In this document: positions 1 through 9,843 of the stretch, in pieces
Numbering within the stretch: the first letter of the stretch is position 1
How the letters are laid out: each line of letters starts with the position of its first letter
From: Spirochaetia bacterium
GTDB lineage: Bacteria > Spirochaetota > Spirochaetia > DSM-27196 > Salinispiraceae
Direction: 5' to 3'
DNA: 64,000 nucleotides
Assembly: GCA_038204425.1 (NCBI GenBank)
Contig: JBBRCZ010000012.1
Span: 35,447 to 99,446 of the forward strand
Translations under genes and position numbers: made by a program
Notes under the pieces: model-generated
The model's database searches: none
Told to the model about the DNA's origin: nothing
Seen by the model: the letters and a program-made list of their open reading frames with translations, nothing else

Positions 1-1463
1 TCGCCAACCACCAAAGGCATAACTACAAAGCTGACCGAGGGTGACATCTCAAACCAACCATTTGGTACAATGGTGGCTGAGTCATAGTCAATTGTTCCAA
101 GCGAAAACGTATCAAGTTTGGAAATTGACGGATTAGAAATAAGTGTGTGCATCTTTACCGGTGGTTTTGGCAGCAGATGCCCATCCTCCATGGCAGGCAC
201 AACCGGTGCAAGCTGACCATCTTCGTCGGTTGTAACTGCTACCAAATAGGTGTCCAAACCAAGCTGGGGCAAAAAGTTGGTCAGCGTCTCACAAATCTGC
301 TGCATATCCATTGCGGTGTTGAGACTTCGCAGCATGGCATCTAACATTCGTGTGAGCAACTTTTGGCGACCAAAAGCGTGGTAGTTGCGTTCGACCAGAC
401 CTTGAAATAAGGTAATGGCAGATATTGAATCTGCAGTACCATTAAGCTGCTTCTTTCCTATACTTTTCAGAAAAGAAAACAAGGTGTCTTCTTCCAAATT
501 ACGTCTTTGCAAAAAACCTGAGAACGAACTGTGCAGGGGGATATCAAGCCGTTGGGAAAGTTCCAAGAAGAATGGATCCTTTTCTGCAGAAGGAAAGTCG
601 CTCCATTCTGCTGGAGAACAGCCACAAGATGCACGGTAAACTGGCCTGCACGGCAGCGTAATCAAATCAGGGTGAGATGCTTTGCCTTCGATGCGATCCA
701 TGAGAGTCCAAAGTGCAACCGCCATTTGAAACTCTATCGGCTGATTAACCGTACTCAAGCTCGGACTCTCATAACGAGCTTCTGGAACATCATCAAAACC
801 AATAACCGAGACATCCTCGGGAACGCGCAGTCCTCGTTCTTGAAGCTCACGAATCGCAGCAAACGCCGCCAAGTCGTTGGGACAACACAAGCCGTCAAAG
901 GGACCTTGGGCCAAAAGTTCATCAATCCAATCGCTCATTCGATAAGGATCAAAGTTGCCTTGAACCCAGTGGCTTGCTTCGATCTTACGCGATGCAAGTA
1001 CATTTTTCCAAGCATCAAAGCGAATAGTGGCTTCAGAGTTATTGATCGGACCTCTAATACAAGCCACACGTCGGCGTTCGTGAATTACAAATAGATGGCG
1101 AATAAGCAATTCCAAAGCAGGGCGATTTTCTATGTCAACGCAGGGAATTTTGCCTAGTTGATAGCTCATGGTGACGGATGGCAGATCCAAGAGATCCGGA
1201 ACGAGAAGTTGATTGTCGTCAAAAATGGTCAAAAAAGTGGTCGTGTAAAGCAAGCCATCAAAGGTTTGCTTTCCTGGCATGCGTAATAGGCAGTTATGGT
1301 AAAATGGAGCAAGTTGGTCTGGCGGACTGCGACGACTGGGCAAGACCACCAAATCATAGTTTCGTGCTCGGCAAAGCGGCTCCCAGCCCTTCCAGTTACT
1401 GATCTGAAAGACGTCGGTGCTCTCCAGTTCGTGGTCAATGATTCCAATCCGGCGTCTTCTCAT
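1..1463 (-). CDS. LacI/periplasmic-binding-fold sensor-domain signalling protein, 3'-partial (runs off window start); output domain not visible
   Basis: Not in the ORF track because its stop is outside the window. Manual translation from ATG 1463 (RBS-like AGGTG upstream): MRRRRIGIID...RVACIRGPINNSEATIRF...CCPNDLAAFAAIRELQERGLRVPEDVSVIGFDDVPEARYESPSLSTVNQP...PVYRASCGC. This is a LacI-type ligand-binding domain with no N-terminal HTH, followed by a long open extension. Confidence 0.85.
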   Translation of the reverse strand, partial: MRRRRIGIIDHELESTDVFQISNWKGWEPLCRARNYDLVVLPSRRSPPDQLAPFYHNCLLRMPGKQTFDGLLYTTTFLTIFDDNQLLVPDLLDLPSVTMSYQLGKIPCVDIENRPALELLIRHLFVIHERRRVACIRGPINNSEATIRFDAWKNVLASRKIEASHWVQGNFDPYRMSDWIDELLAQGPFDGLCCPNDLAAFAAIRELQERGLRVPEDVSVIGFDDVPEARYESPSLSTVNQPIEFQMAVALWTLMDRIEGKASHPDLITLPCRPVYRASCGCSPAEWSDFPSAEKDPFFLELSQRLDIPLHSSFSGFLQRRNLEEDTLFSFLKSIGKKQLNGTADSISAITLFQGLVERNYHAFGRQKLLTRMLDAMLRSLNTAMDMQQICETLTNFLPQLGLDTYLVAVTTDEDGQLAPVVPAMEDGHLLPKPPVKMHTLISNPSISKLDTFSLGTIDYDSATIVPNGWFEMSPSVSFVVMPLVVG

Positions 1464-1496
1464 CTTCACCTTTTCGACACTAGGTGCCTTGTTTTC

Positions 1497-2372
1497 TCAA
1501 TAAAGAACCAAGAGTGGATTTATTGGCCTACCTCTCTGATACACAGCAAAGTGTAAGTGGGTTCCTGTAGACTTGCCACTGTTGCCCACCAATCCAATAA
1601 CATGTCCTTCTTTGACAACTTGTCCTTTGCGGACATTGATGGCAGATAGATGTGCAAAGAGCGTGCTATAACCACCGTCATGTTGAAGCTGAATGTAGTT
1701 TCCTAAAGCATTGTCATAACTTGCAGTTATTACCGTGCCTCGGCGTGGTGCACGAATACTGGCCCCGTAGGGAGTCACCATATCGATGGCACGGTGAAAA
1801 GATCTGCGCCCCGAAAAAGGATCATAGCGATAGCCAAAGCGCTCGGACAAATACCAGCTTCGTACTGGATGAGTAAATATGTCGCCAGAGACCCGTTTGA
1901 GTTCTTTGCTGTCCATGCGAACCTGTTTGAGAAAAACACTAGCGCCGGGCAGTTTCCAGCCTCGGCCTGGCTTAGGAACCACTATTCTATCTGGAGAAAG
2001 CTTGTAGTGCTCGCTTATGGCGGCGATAGTTTCGCCCTTCTTAATTTTATGTACGATGCCATCCATGTTTGGCACTTGGAGATTCTGTCCAATTCTAAGC
2101 CCGCGGGCGTTGTTGATTTCGTTTACCGAAATAAGCGTGTCGGTCCTCAACTGGTTATCGCGGGCAATTTTTTCTAGTGTATCGCCCGAAACAACTTGGT
2201 GCGAAGTAAAACTTAGGTCGAGTTTTTCGATTCGCTCTTTCTCTGCGAGTTCTGCCGCGTTGTTGTCTTGTTCAACGATTTCAGCGAGCATACCTGAGTT
2301 ACATGAATAAAAATTTAGGGTCGCTACGACAACTACAAAGCAAAGAGTTGCTTTAAGGGCTGGTTTTAACAT
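1497..2372 (-). CDS. LysM + M23 family peptidoglycan endopeptidase
   Basis: Two LysM-like segments (HQVVSGDTLEKIA, HKIKKGETIAAIS); M23 motifs HRAID, STGTHLHF, INPL; GAGGA RBS. Confidence 0.92.
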   Translation of the reverse strand: MLKPALKATLCFVVVVATLNFYSCNSGMLAEIVEQDNNAAELAEKERIEKLDLSFTSHQVVSGDTLEKIARDNQLRTDTLISVNEINNARGLRIGQNLQVPNMDGIVHKIKKGETIAAISEHYKLSPDRIVVPKPGRGWKLPGASVFLKQVRMDSKELKRVSGDIFTHPVRSWYLSERFGYRYDPFSGRRSFHRAIDMVTPYGASIRAPRRGTVITASYDNALGNYIQLQHDGGYSTLFAHLSAINVRKGQVVKEGHVIGLVGNSGKSTGTHLHFAVYQRGRPINPLLVLY

Positions 2373-2505
2373 GGAATTCCTCTAAACACTGCCCTTTCGA
2401 GCTGAATGGTAGGATACTAAACCAGCATTCAAACCTGTGTCAAAACAATTCGTCTTGTCTGTCTAGTATTCGTTCCGTTTACTATCGGCAAATCCGCACG
2501 TAAAT

Positions 2506-4011
2506 TTACTTGGCAAAAAATTGCCGCCACTCAGCTGGTATTATTTCTGTTGGATAAATGTAGGCTAGATGCGAAGCTTTGTCGCTCATTACCAGTGTTG
2601 GCAGACCGACAAGTTTATAGTCTCCATCTAAGGCTGCACCACCGGAATTTCCGGAACTTATCTGTGCGTCAGTTTTTACTAAAGTCCCAAAGCCTCTATT
2701 CTCAAAGCCGGAGACAATACCCTTGGTTAGCGTAATGGTAGAACGACTACCCAATCCACCCAGACTTGGGTAGCCAATAAACGTCAATCCTTCGCCCATT
2801 CTCAAGCGACTGGAACCAGCAAGCTCGAGGTAGGGAAAACGGTAGCCCGCTGGCAATGTTTGGCCGTAAAATCCACTCTTAATTTGCAGCAATGCCAGAT
2901 CGCGCTGCTTATCACTGCGAATAACCTCTGCCAAAAACTGGCTATCTGGAGCAATACGGTGGTCTGTACTAAATCCAATGGCGAGTTCTTTCTCTATTTG
3001 GCCGTCATTTCCTTGCACCACGTGGTAGTTGGTAAGTAAGTAGCCATAGGGGCTTATCATTACGCCGGTTCCTCCGCCGCTATCGGTCAAGATTTCAACA
3101 GTTGCAATAAGGGCCTTTTCTAAGCCCCAATCGATTGCAGCGGGTATGCTCTTGTCTTGAATCTGTGGCAAAGCACGCAGTTCTTGAGGAACATCGAGCG
3201 TGCTTGACAACAAAAGCTTGAATGAAGCATCTACTTCGTCCATTTTTGCCAAGACGACCAAGTATAGCTTGGTGTTCTGCCCTGTTTTGCTGTTGAGAGC
3301 TTTAAGCCGCGCAGAATCAAAATTGACAAGCAAAACTTCGCGACTACGATATGACCTTGCCGAAAAAGGCGCAAGGAAAGGATCAGCTTTGGGGTTATCA
3401 ACAAACAAAAATAGGTCGAGATCTATGTCTGCTTCAAAAGCGTCTATTCGTACTTGCCTTACACTAGCGGGAACATCTATCTGATAGGTTTTCATCATGA
3501 GGTGGTCAGGACTTAGTTGATCTGAAATTCTTCTTCCAAAAGGCAGACTGGTAGCTGCGTCGACCCTGATCTCCTCAAAGTTTAGGGCAAAGTCTATGCT
3601 GTTGAGTGATATACCATCTCGATAGGCCGGGTTGTCGAGTAGATAGGCCACTTTGATAGTGTAGGTGCCATCGACCAGAGTTGGACTGCCTGAGCGATAG
3701 AGAAAAAGACTTTCGTTAAACTCGCTACTTTCACTGCGTGAGAACTCGTCTTCGTTCTGTTTGTAAACTATCAAATCGAGGTCGGCGATTGCACCTTGCA
3801 GCTTAAAGCGAATACCGTAGGTTTCACTCGACACTTTTACGCGGTATTGAATACTATTAGAGTCTTGGTCCAGTCTAATGCTAGCCATTCGCAATTGGCC
3901 ACTGACAAGGAAGGGAGCGTTGACGTCTTTTGATTTGGCAGCAAGGTTTGTTGGAGTCAAACAAACCAAAGACAGAAAAAGCATGGCGATTGCCTTAAAC
4001 ACACTATTCAT
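2506..4011 (-). CDS. Secreted trypsin-like (S1) serine protease with N-terminal PPC-like beta domains
   Basis: Triad motifs TNYHVV, DLALL, GNSGG; signal peptide; two DLDL-containing PPC-like segments. Start placed at ATG 4011 (MNSVFK). Confidence 0.88.
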   Translation of the reverse strand: MNSVFKAIAMLFLSLVCLTPTNLAAKSKDVNAPFLVSGQLRMASIRLDQDSNSIQYRVKVSSETYGIRFKLQGAIADLDLIVYKQNEDEFSRSESSEFNESLFLYRSGSPTLVDGTYTIKVAYLLDNPAYRDGISLNSIDFALNFEEIRVDAATSLPFGRRISDQLSPDHLMMKTYQIDVPASVRQVRIDAFEADIDLDLFLFVDNPKADPFLAPFSARSYRSREVLLVNFDSARLKALNSKTGQNTKLYLVVLAKMDEVDASFKLLLSSTLDVPQELRALPQIQDKSIPAAIDWGLEKALIATVEILTDSGGGTGVMISPYGYLLTNYHVVQGNDGQIEKELAIGFSTDHRIAPDSQFLAEVIRSDKQRDLALLQIKSGFYGQTLPAGYRFPYLELAGSSRLRMGEGLTFIGYPSLGGLGSRSTITLTKGIVSGFENRGFGTLVKTDAQISSGNSGGAALDGDYKLVGLPTLVMSDKASHLAYIYPTEIIPAEWRQFFAK

Positions 4012-4081
4012 ACATTTATTGTATAACAAAGTCTCTGCTTGAGACAGATAGTTTATCCTAGATCATTAGAGGGGAGCTTGC

Positions 4082-4534
4082 ATGAGTACTGAAAGAACAC
4101 TGTGTATACTTAAGCCTGGCGTGATGGAACGCAGATTGCTTGGCGAAATAATAAGCAGAATTGAAAGAAAGGGCTTTGTAATTCGTGCCCTCAAAATGGA
4201 TTACCCAAGTAGCGATCAGTGGAAATCTCATTATGCGGAACATATCGACCGAGACTTCTACCCGGCTCTACTTGAGTTTATGAGCTCCGGGCCCGTGACA
4301 CTGTTGGTATTGGAAGGCACTGACAGCGTCAAACATTTGCGCCACCTTAGTGGCAGCACCGACCCGACTCAGGCCCAACCTGGCACCATTCGCGGTGACT
4401 ATGCTTGTCTCACACGGAAGAACGTGATACATGCTTCGGATTCTCCTGCCAATGCAGAGAGAGAAATTGCGATCTTTTTTGCAGAAAAGGAAGTGGGCAA
4501 GCAAGTCGATGTTATGTCACGCTACGTACAATAA
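4082..4534 (+). CDS. ndk: Nucleoside-diphosphate kinase
   Basis: ERTLCILKP, PGTIRGDY, NVIHASDS (catalytic His); GGGGAG RBS. Confidence 0.96.
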   Translation: MSTERTLCILKPGVMERRLLGEIISRIERKGFVIRALKMDYPSSDQWKSHYAEHIDRDFYPALLEFMSSGPVTLLVLEGTDSVKHLRHLSGSTDPTQAQPGTIRGDYACLTRKNVIHASDSPANAEREIAIFFAEKEVGKQVDVMSRYVQ

Positions 4535-6389
4535 GACCAGACTAAATCGAACTCTAGTAGATGGAGCTCAAGAAAATCTTGAGCAAGAGCCAAAAACAGA
4601 CCACGACTTGGCTCAGGCAGGTAGGGCTCAGTTGCCGCGATGGGATTTGCGTGCAATCTACAGCTCTTTGGAGGGCAAGGACTGGATCGCCGCAAAAAAG
4701 AAGTGTTTGGATTCCATCGCTAGGTTAGAAGCTTGCTTGCACAAGCTTGAGCGAGCCGAGCACGCACTTGAAGCAGAGCAACTGCTTTTCTTGATCGACT
4801 GCGTGAGTAGGCTCAGCAGTCTCTATGCCAACCTGTCGAGTTATGTCTACGCGCACTATTCGGTCGCAACTGATGATCCGCTATCTTTGAGCGAAACGAA
4901 CGCCATAGAGAGTTTGGGCCTGCCCTTGCAAGCCCAGTATACGCGCTTTAGGAATCTGTTAAACCAGCATTCTAGCTTGGTCAAAACGCTTTGTATGCCA
5001 GGACAACCGCTGGAACCTTACCGATTTGTCCTTGAGGAGCAAATTTTTTTGGCTAGTCGCCAGTTGAGTCCCCAAGAAGAAGCCATCGTCTCTGACCTTC
5101 AACGGTCGGGGAGTGAAGCATTTTGTAGGTTACAAGAGGCACTTTCGGCAAGTCTTAGCTGCAAATGGCACGATGGCCGAAAAAAAACCATGGTAGAACT
5201 ACGCGGCCTTGCCCATGATCCAGATCCCAAGCTAAGAGAATTGGCCTGGCAAAAAGAGATCGATTTGTGGCACCAACACCGTATTGCATTTGCTGCCAGT
5301 CTTAATGGTTGCAAAGGGACGGCCTTGAGTCTGGACCAACGCCGCGGATGGAAGTCAAATTTAGAAAAATCACTTAACCAGTCTCGACTCAGTGAGCGAG
5401 CCATGGATTTGCTTATTGCTAACGCAGAGAAACTCTTGCCGAGCTTTAGACGCTATCTTAAGGCCAAAGCCCGATTTTTGGATAAGCCTCAACTGGCCTT
5501 TTATGATCTGTTTGCTCCACTTGATAGCCAGCATAAAACTTGGTCTTTCGCCGAAGCACGTATTTACATCATAGAACGATTCTCTGAGTTTTCACCCGAG
5601 CTTGGCCAGTTTGCAATGCTGGCAATTGACGAAAAGTGGATAGATGCCCAAGCCCGCAGCGCCAAGGTTGGTGGCGCCTATTGCATTGATTTTCCAGAAA
5701 CCGGCCAAAGTCGGATAATGGTCAATTTTACGGGTAGCTTTGATTCAGTAATAACCTTGGCACATGAACTCGGTCACGCTTGGCACAGTCACTTGCTTGC
5801 CAAAAGTCCATGGCTATTGCGAGACTATCCAATGACCCTGGCCGAAACAGCAAGTCTATTCTGTGAAACAATAGTCTTTGATGCGGAATTGGCGCGTGCC
5901 AAGGGTCAACAACGACTAGTTTTGTTAGAGATGCGTCTTTCTGACCTTTGCCAAATTATTGTAGATATCTTGTCGCGCTACTATTTTGAAAAGAAGGTCT
6001 TTGAGATACGAGCTGAAAGAGAACTTCAACCCGAGGAGTTTTGCCGACTTATGTTGGATGCACAGGAACATTGCTACGGCGACGCCCTGACTGAACGTTG
6101 GCGCCATGCTTACATGTGGGCGGCCAAAGGTCACTACTACCATGCTGAGCTTAATTTCTACAATTATCCATATGCCTTTGGCCAGCTATTTGCCTTGGGG
6201 TTGCACGCAGCATACAAAGAACAATCAAATGGCTTTGTAGAACGCTACAAGGCATTGCTTATACAAACAGGTAGTCTCGACTGTTCAACTTTGTGTCGAC
6301 AGGTCGGAATAGACATCGAAAACCAAAGTTTTTGGCAGGGTTCGCTTGACCAGATCAACGATCTAATAGATGAATTTGACAAGATCTAG
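4509..6389 (+). CDS. pepF: M3 family oligoendopeptidase F (start uncertain, may be further downstream)
   Basis: PRWDL N-terminal motif, KVGGAYC, zinc motif TLAHELGH, LAETAS, FYNYPYAFG. Confidence 0.9.
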   Translation: MLCHATYNKTRLNRTLVDGAQENLEQEPKTDHDLAQAGRAQLPRWDLRAIYSSLEGKDWIAAKKKCLDSIARLEACLHKLERAEHALEAEQLLFLIDCVSRLSSLYANLSSYVYAHYSVATDDPLSLSETNAIESLGLPLQAQYTRFRNLLNQHSSLVKTLCMPGQPLEPYRFVLEEQIFLASRQLSPQEEAIVSDLQRSGSEAFCRLQEALSASLSCKWHDGRKKTMVELRGLAHDPDPKLRELAWQKEIDLWHQHRIAFAASLNGCKGTALSLDQRRGWKSNLEKSLNQSRLSERAMDLLIANAEKLLPSFRRYLKAKARFLDKPQLAFYDLFAPLDSQHKTWSFAEARIYIIERFSEFSPELGQFAMLAIDEKWIDAQARSAKVGGAYCIDFPETGQSRIMVNFTGSFDSVITLAHELGHAWHSHLLAKSPWLLRDYPMTLAETASLFCETIVFDAELARAKGQQRLVLLEMRLSDLCQIIVDILSRYYFEKKVFEIRAERELQPEEFCRLMLDAQEHCYGDALTERWRHAYMWAAKGHYYHAELNFYNYPYAFGQLFALGLHAAYKEQSNGFVERYKALLIQTGSLDCSTLCRQVGIDIENQSFWQGSLDQINDLIDEFDKI

Positions 6390-6448
6390 AAATCATTGTC
6401 AAACAATCGTATTTATACTTAGTTCAACTATAATAAAATGGGGATGAG

Positions 6449-7552
6449 ATGAGAAAAGCACGAAAAGTTGGAATTTTGGGTGCCGGTGCTTGGGGTACGG
6501 CTGTGGCGAGTGTCTTGAGTAAGGCTGGCAACCAGGTTCAAATCTGGGCCTTTGAAGGCGATGTCGTAAACGACATCAACAAAAACCATAGCAATTCTCG
6601 CTACTTGCCAGGTGCGGCCTTGTCGCCAAGCCTAGAGGCATCTGGAGACCTCAAGCTTGTAGCAAATAACAAGGATTTTGTGATTGTCGCCACTCCTTCC
6701 TTGTTTACCTTGCCACTTATCAAGACTCTTATCACCATTCCCTCAATTCTAGAAGGAAACACCCATATTGGCGTCTTAACCAAAGGATTTATTCCAACGC
6801 CACGTGGCAACAAATTGGTACTGCAGGCGATTGAAGATTATCTACCGGGGATTTATAAAGACAATCTGGTTTATATCTCGGGGCCAAGTCACGCAGAAGA
6901 GGTAGTGCAAGGCAAGATTACCGCTTTGGTTGCCGCAAGCCGCAATCCACTAAATGCAATTAGATTTAAGCACCTGCTTAACGCGGGACCTTTGATGGTG
7001 TTTTCCAGCCTTGACACCATCGGCGTTCAAGTTAGTGCCGCAGTCAAAAACGTTATTGCCATTGCGTTTGGGATTTTGGACGCACTTAAAGAGCAGAGCA
7101 ACTTTGTAGGAGACAACACTGAGAGCTTGCTTTTGGCGGCCGGACTTAATGAGATACAATCCTTGGCGACTGCACTTGGATCCAGCCATCCTTCAAAGAC
7201 TCTAACCAGCATCGCGGGCGTCGGAGACTTGGACGTCACCTGTAGGTCCATACACGGCCGAAATCGACGCTTTGGTCGCGAGATTATACTCAAAAAGGCT
7301 CTTGAACCTTTTGCAAACCTCGACGACTTTTTGGTCAATTTCAGCAAGCTTGGCTACCTTCCAGAAGGTGCAGCAGCTGCAAAGCATGTCCGAGATTTTG
7401 TGGATTTTTATGGGTTAAGAATGCCAATCAGTATGGGGGTCTATAGAATTCTTAACAAAGAAAGTGATCCGCTTGAAGAAGTCAAAAACTTTCTCAGAAT
7501 ACTTGCCGGCAACTACGAACTTGAAATGCCTCTCGATCAAGCATTGATCTAG
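6449..7552 (+). CDS. gpsA: NAD(P)H-dependent glycerol-3-phosphate dehydrogenase
   Basis: GAGAWGTA, LTKG, SGPSHAEEV, KNVIAIAFG, GVGDLDVTCRS-GRNRRFG. Confidence 0.95.
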   Translation: MRKARKVGILGAGAWGTAVASVLSKAGNQVQIWAFEGDVVNDINKNHSNSRYLPGAALSPSLEASGDLKLVANNKDFVIVATPSLFTLPLIKTLITIPSILEGNTHIGVLTKGFIPTPRGNKLVLQAIEDYLPGIYKDNLVYISGPSHAEEVVQGKITALVAASRNPLNAIRFKHLLNAGPLMVFSSLDTIGVQVSAAVKNVIAIAFGILDALKEQSNFVGDNTESLLLAAGLNEIQSLATALGSSHPSKTLTSIAGVGDLDVTCRSIHGRNRRFGREIILKKALEPFANLDDFLVNFSKLGYLPEGAAAAKHVRDFVDFYGLRMPISMGVYRILNKESDPLEEVKNFLRILAGNYELEMPLDQALI

Positions 7553-7581
7553 TCACATGATAACTTGGTCCAATGAATTCC

Positions 7582-8007
7582 TTAGCGTCCAAAAGAATTG
7601 ATGTTAACCTGACTAAGTGGCTTACCGTCAAAGGTAACGCTTCGTTGAGAGGCGAGTTCTGTCAATTTTGAACTTACAAGGCCAAACGAAAAACCGTAGG
7701 CGCGAGAAAACATGTACAAGAGTTTAAGTTCTTCGGTTGAGACATCACCGTCGATTACTATCATGTTGAGTATATCTTGCATATGACTTAGCCGTTGATC
7801 CTGACTTTCAGGGATGAGAATTTTGACAGCGACAGGGCTTTCTACAATCGCTAGCAACTCTTGGTTATCGATTCCATATTTGTTTCCCACATGTGCAAGA
7901 AGATCCACTTCATTTTTGTCAATCAGACCATCTGCAGCAATCACCGACAGCAAATTTACCATCAAAGATTTGTTTTCTTTCTTCTGTTGTGATTCAAATA
8001 CTGCCAC
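7582..8007 (-). CDS. TerB-like (tellurite resistance fold) protein
   Basis: Two TerB-type motifs, AADGLIDKNEVDLL and VIDGDVSTEELKLL; GTG start with AGGA RBS. Confidence 0.75.
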   Translation of the reverse strand: MAVFESQQKKENKSLMVNLLSVIAADGLIDKNEVDLLAHVGNKYGIDNQELLAIVESPVAVKILIPESQDQRLSHMQDILNMIVIDGDVSTEELKLLYMFSRAYGFSFGLVSSKLTELASQRSVTFDGKPLSQVNINSFGR

Positions 8008-8052
8008 CGTTGATTATCCTTTTTTGCTAGCTTTTGCCACCTGTTACAGGTG

Positions 8053-8081
8053 TTGACAGCCAAGGCCCTTGGCCTTACCTT
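8053..8081 (+). promoter_or_regulatory. sigma70-type promoter of cysE (predicted leaderless)
   Basis: TTGACA(8053-8058), 17 nt, TACCTT(8076-8081), 6 nt, ATG 8088; no Shine-Dalgarno. Confidence 0.65.
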
Positions 8082-8087
8082 GTTGCA

Positions 8088-9038
8088 ATGATAGACCGCA
8101 TTTCCAAAATAACTCAATCACTATTAGAAAGCTACCACACAATTGGCGGCATAAATCATCTTTCTGGCCCCAACTTACCTAGTAAGATGGCAATAGCTGC
8201 GATTATAGAAGACTTGGAAAGCTTGATCTTCCCTGGCTTTAAGTCCGAAGACGCCTTGGAACATGGAAGTCTTGGTTTTACCATAAACGAGAAAGTAAAT
8301 CGTCTGATTCGTACTCTTAGCACCGAGATTTTACGAAGCCTTTGCTACGAGCGCCGCATCGCCGGTGACAACACTACCTGCCAACACGTGGAAGGTTCTG
8401 TGGCGGGCAAGCTCAATTTGGTTTGCCAAAAAGAAGCAGAAACACTTGCTACAGAACTGGTAGAAAAATTGCCAATCATAAGAGACCAACTTAAGCTTGA
8501 TGTCGACGCTGCGTTTGCTGGCGACCCGGCATCCAAGTCGAGAGAAGAAGTAATACTCTCTTACCCCGGCCTAGAGGCTATAACTATCCACCGTTTTGCC
8601 CATCAGATTTGGAACCTCAAGGTCCCTCTCATTCCGCGGCTGATGAGTGAAATTTCCCATTCTCGCACAGGCATTGATATTCACCCTGGCGCAAGCATAG
8701 GCGATTCATTTTTCATCGACCATGGCACCGGCGTGGTCATTGGTGAGACGAGCATCATTGGAAACCGCGTCAAGCTCTATCAAGGCGTCACCTTGGGTGC
8801 ACTTTCTGTTAAAAAAGAAGAAGCCAATCGAAAACGTCACCCAACTCTTGAAGATGAAGTAACCGTATACGCTGGAGCTACCATTTTGGGCGGTCGAACC
8901 ACAATTGGCGCAGGATCTATAATTGGCGGCAATGTTTGGGTTACCACTTCACTTCCGGCTGGAAGTCGTGTATCACTTAAAGATCCAGAACTCAATATTC
9001 GCAACCAATTTCAAGAGCTGCAGGAATATTCAATTTAG
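8088..9038 (+). CDS. cysE: Serine O-acetyltransferase (long CysE/EpsC type)
   Basis: GDPA..EVILSYPG, TGIDIHPGASIG, IDHGTGVVIGET, KRHPTLED; start moved to ATG 8088. Confidence 0.93.
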   Translation: MIDRISKITQSLLESYHTIGGINHLSGPNLPSKMAIAAIIEDLESLIFPGFKSEDALEHGSLGFTINEKVNRLIRTLSTEILRSLCYERRIAGDNTTCQHVEGSVAGKLNLVCQKEAETLATELVEKLPIIRDQLKLDVDAAFAGDPASKSREEVILSYPGLEAITIHRFAHQIWNLKVPLIPRLMSEISHSRTGIDIHPGASIGDSFFIDHGTGVVIGETSIIGNRVKLYQGVTLGALSVKKEEANRKRHPTLEDEVTVYAGATILGGRTTIGAGSIIGGNVWVTTSLPAGSRVSLKDPELNIRNQFQELQEYSI

Positions 9039-9050
9039 GCAGGCCGTAAG

Positions 9051-9323
9051 ATGAGTTTTTTCGAAGCAGGCATGCTGATTTGTTTTGGTCTCTCCTGGCC
9101 AATTAGCATTTACAAATCATGGAAGACACGTCGTGTCGGGTCCAAAAGCGTTATTTTTTTGTTTTTTGTACTTTTGGGTTATGGCGCAGGAGTTGCCCAT
9201 AAATTTTTGTACAGTAGAGATATAGTTATAGTCTTTTATGTGCTGAATGCGCTAATGGTCTTGATTGATATCCTGCTCTACTATCGCAATCGTTACCTAG
9301 CTATCAAAGAGGAGCTACAATGA
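9051..9323 (+). CDS. Small 3-TM PQ-loop/SemiSWEET-like membrane protein
   Basis: Three hydrophobic segments; CFGLSWPISIYKSWKT..KS..F pattern. Confidence 0.65.
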   Translation: MSFFEAGMLICFGLSWPISIYKSWKTRRVGSKSVIFLFFVLLGYGAGVAHKFLYSRDIVIVFYVLNALMVLIDILLYYRNRYLAIKEELQ

Positions 9324-9796
9324 AGGTCCTAATTGCTTATGCCTCACGTTATGGTGCTACCCAAACTATCGCTGAGAAGCTGGCTGGATTTTTTCCTGCC
9401 GAGGCAGAACTCGTTAACCTCAACGAGCAGACGCCTGCCACCATAGAAGGATTTACCCACATTTTTCTTGGTGGACCTGTTTACGCAGGCAGACTCAGCT
9501 CCAAAGTTGGGCGCTTTGCGGAACGTTTTAAGGACGAGCTGCAAAAAATCCCGTGCGCGATTTTTCTTGCTAGTCTTGCACAAGGTGCTCGCGCACAAGA
9601 GTACTTAGAACAAAGCTTTCCGGCTTGGCTATTGGCTCACAGCTCCAGTCGAGAACCAGTTGGCGGAGCAATAACGCTCAGCCGCATGGGCTTCTTGACT
9701 CGCTTCCTGCTCAAAAAAGCAGCAGGCATTAGCGCCGACAAAGACGTCATCAACTACCAAGCTATTGAAAGACTTGCTAAGACTTTCTTGCCTTAG
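9320..9796 (+). CDS. Flavodoxin-domain protein (HemG/Flavodoxin_5-like)
   Basis: MKVLIAYASRYGATQTIAE FMN loop, GGPVYAG; ATGA overlap with the upstream gene. Confidence 0.85.
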   Translation: MKVLIAYASRYGATQTIAEKLAGFFPAEAELVNLNEQTPATIEGFTHIFLGGPVYAGRLSSKVGRFAERFKDELQKIPCAIFLASLAQGARAQEYLEQSFPAWLLAHSSSREPVGGAITLSRMGFLTRFLLKKAAGISADKDVINYQAIERLAKTFLP

Positions 9797-9843
9797 CTAG
9801 ACTAGACTGCCAAGACTAGAATCCACACAAGCACTAGAGTCTT

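Noticed and set aside
147..1556. Plus-strand ORFs and the short minus ORF listed in the first 1.5 kb
   Set aside because: They are shadows of the long minus-strand LacI-sensor gene (1463 to <1) that the ORF track missed.
4431..4534. Long ndk/pepF overlap implied by the ORF track
   Set aside because: The upstream extension has no peptidase similarity; the real start is probably at or after 4509.
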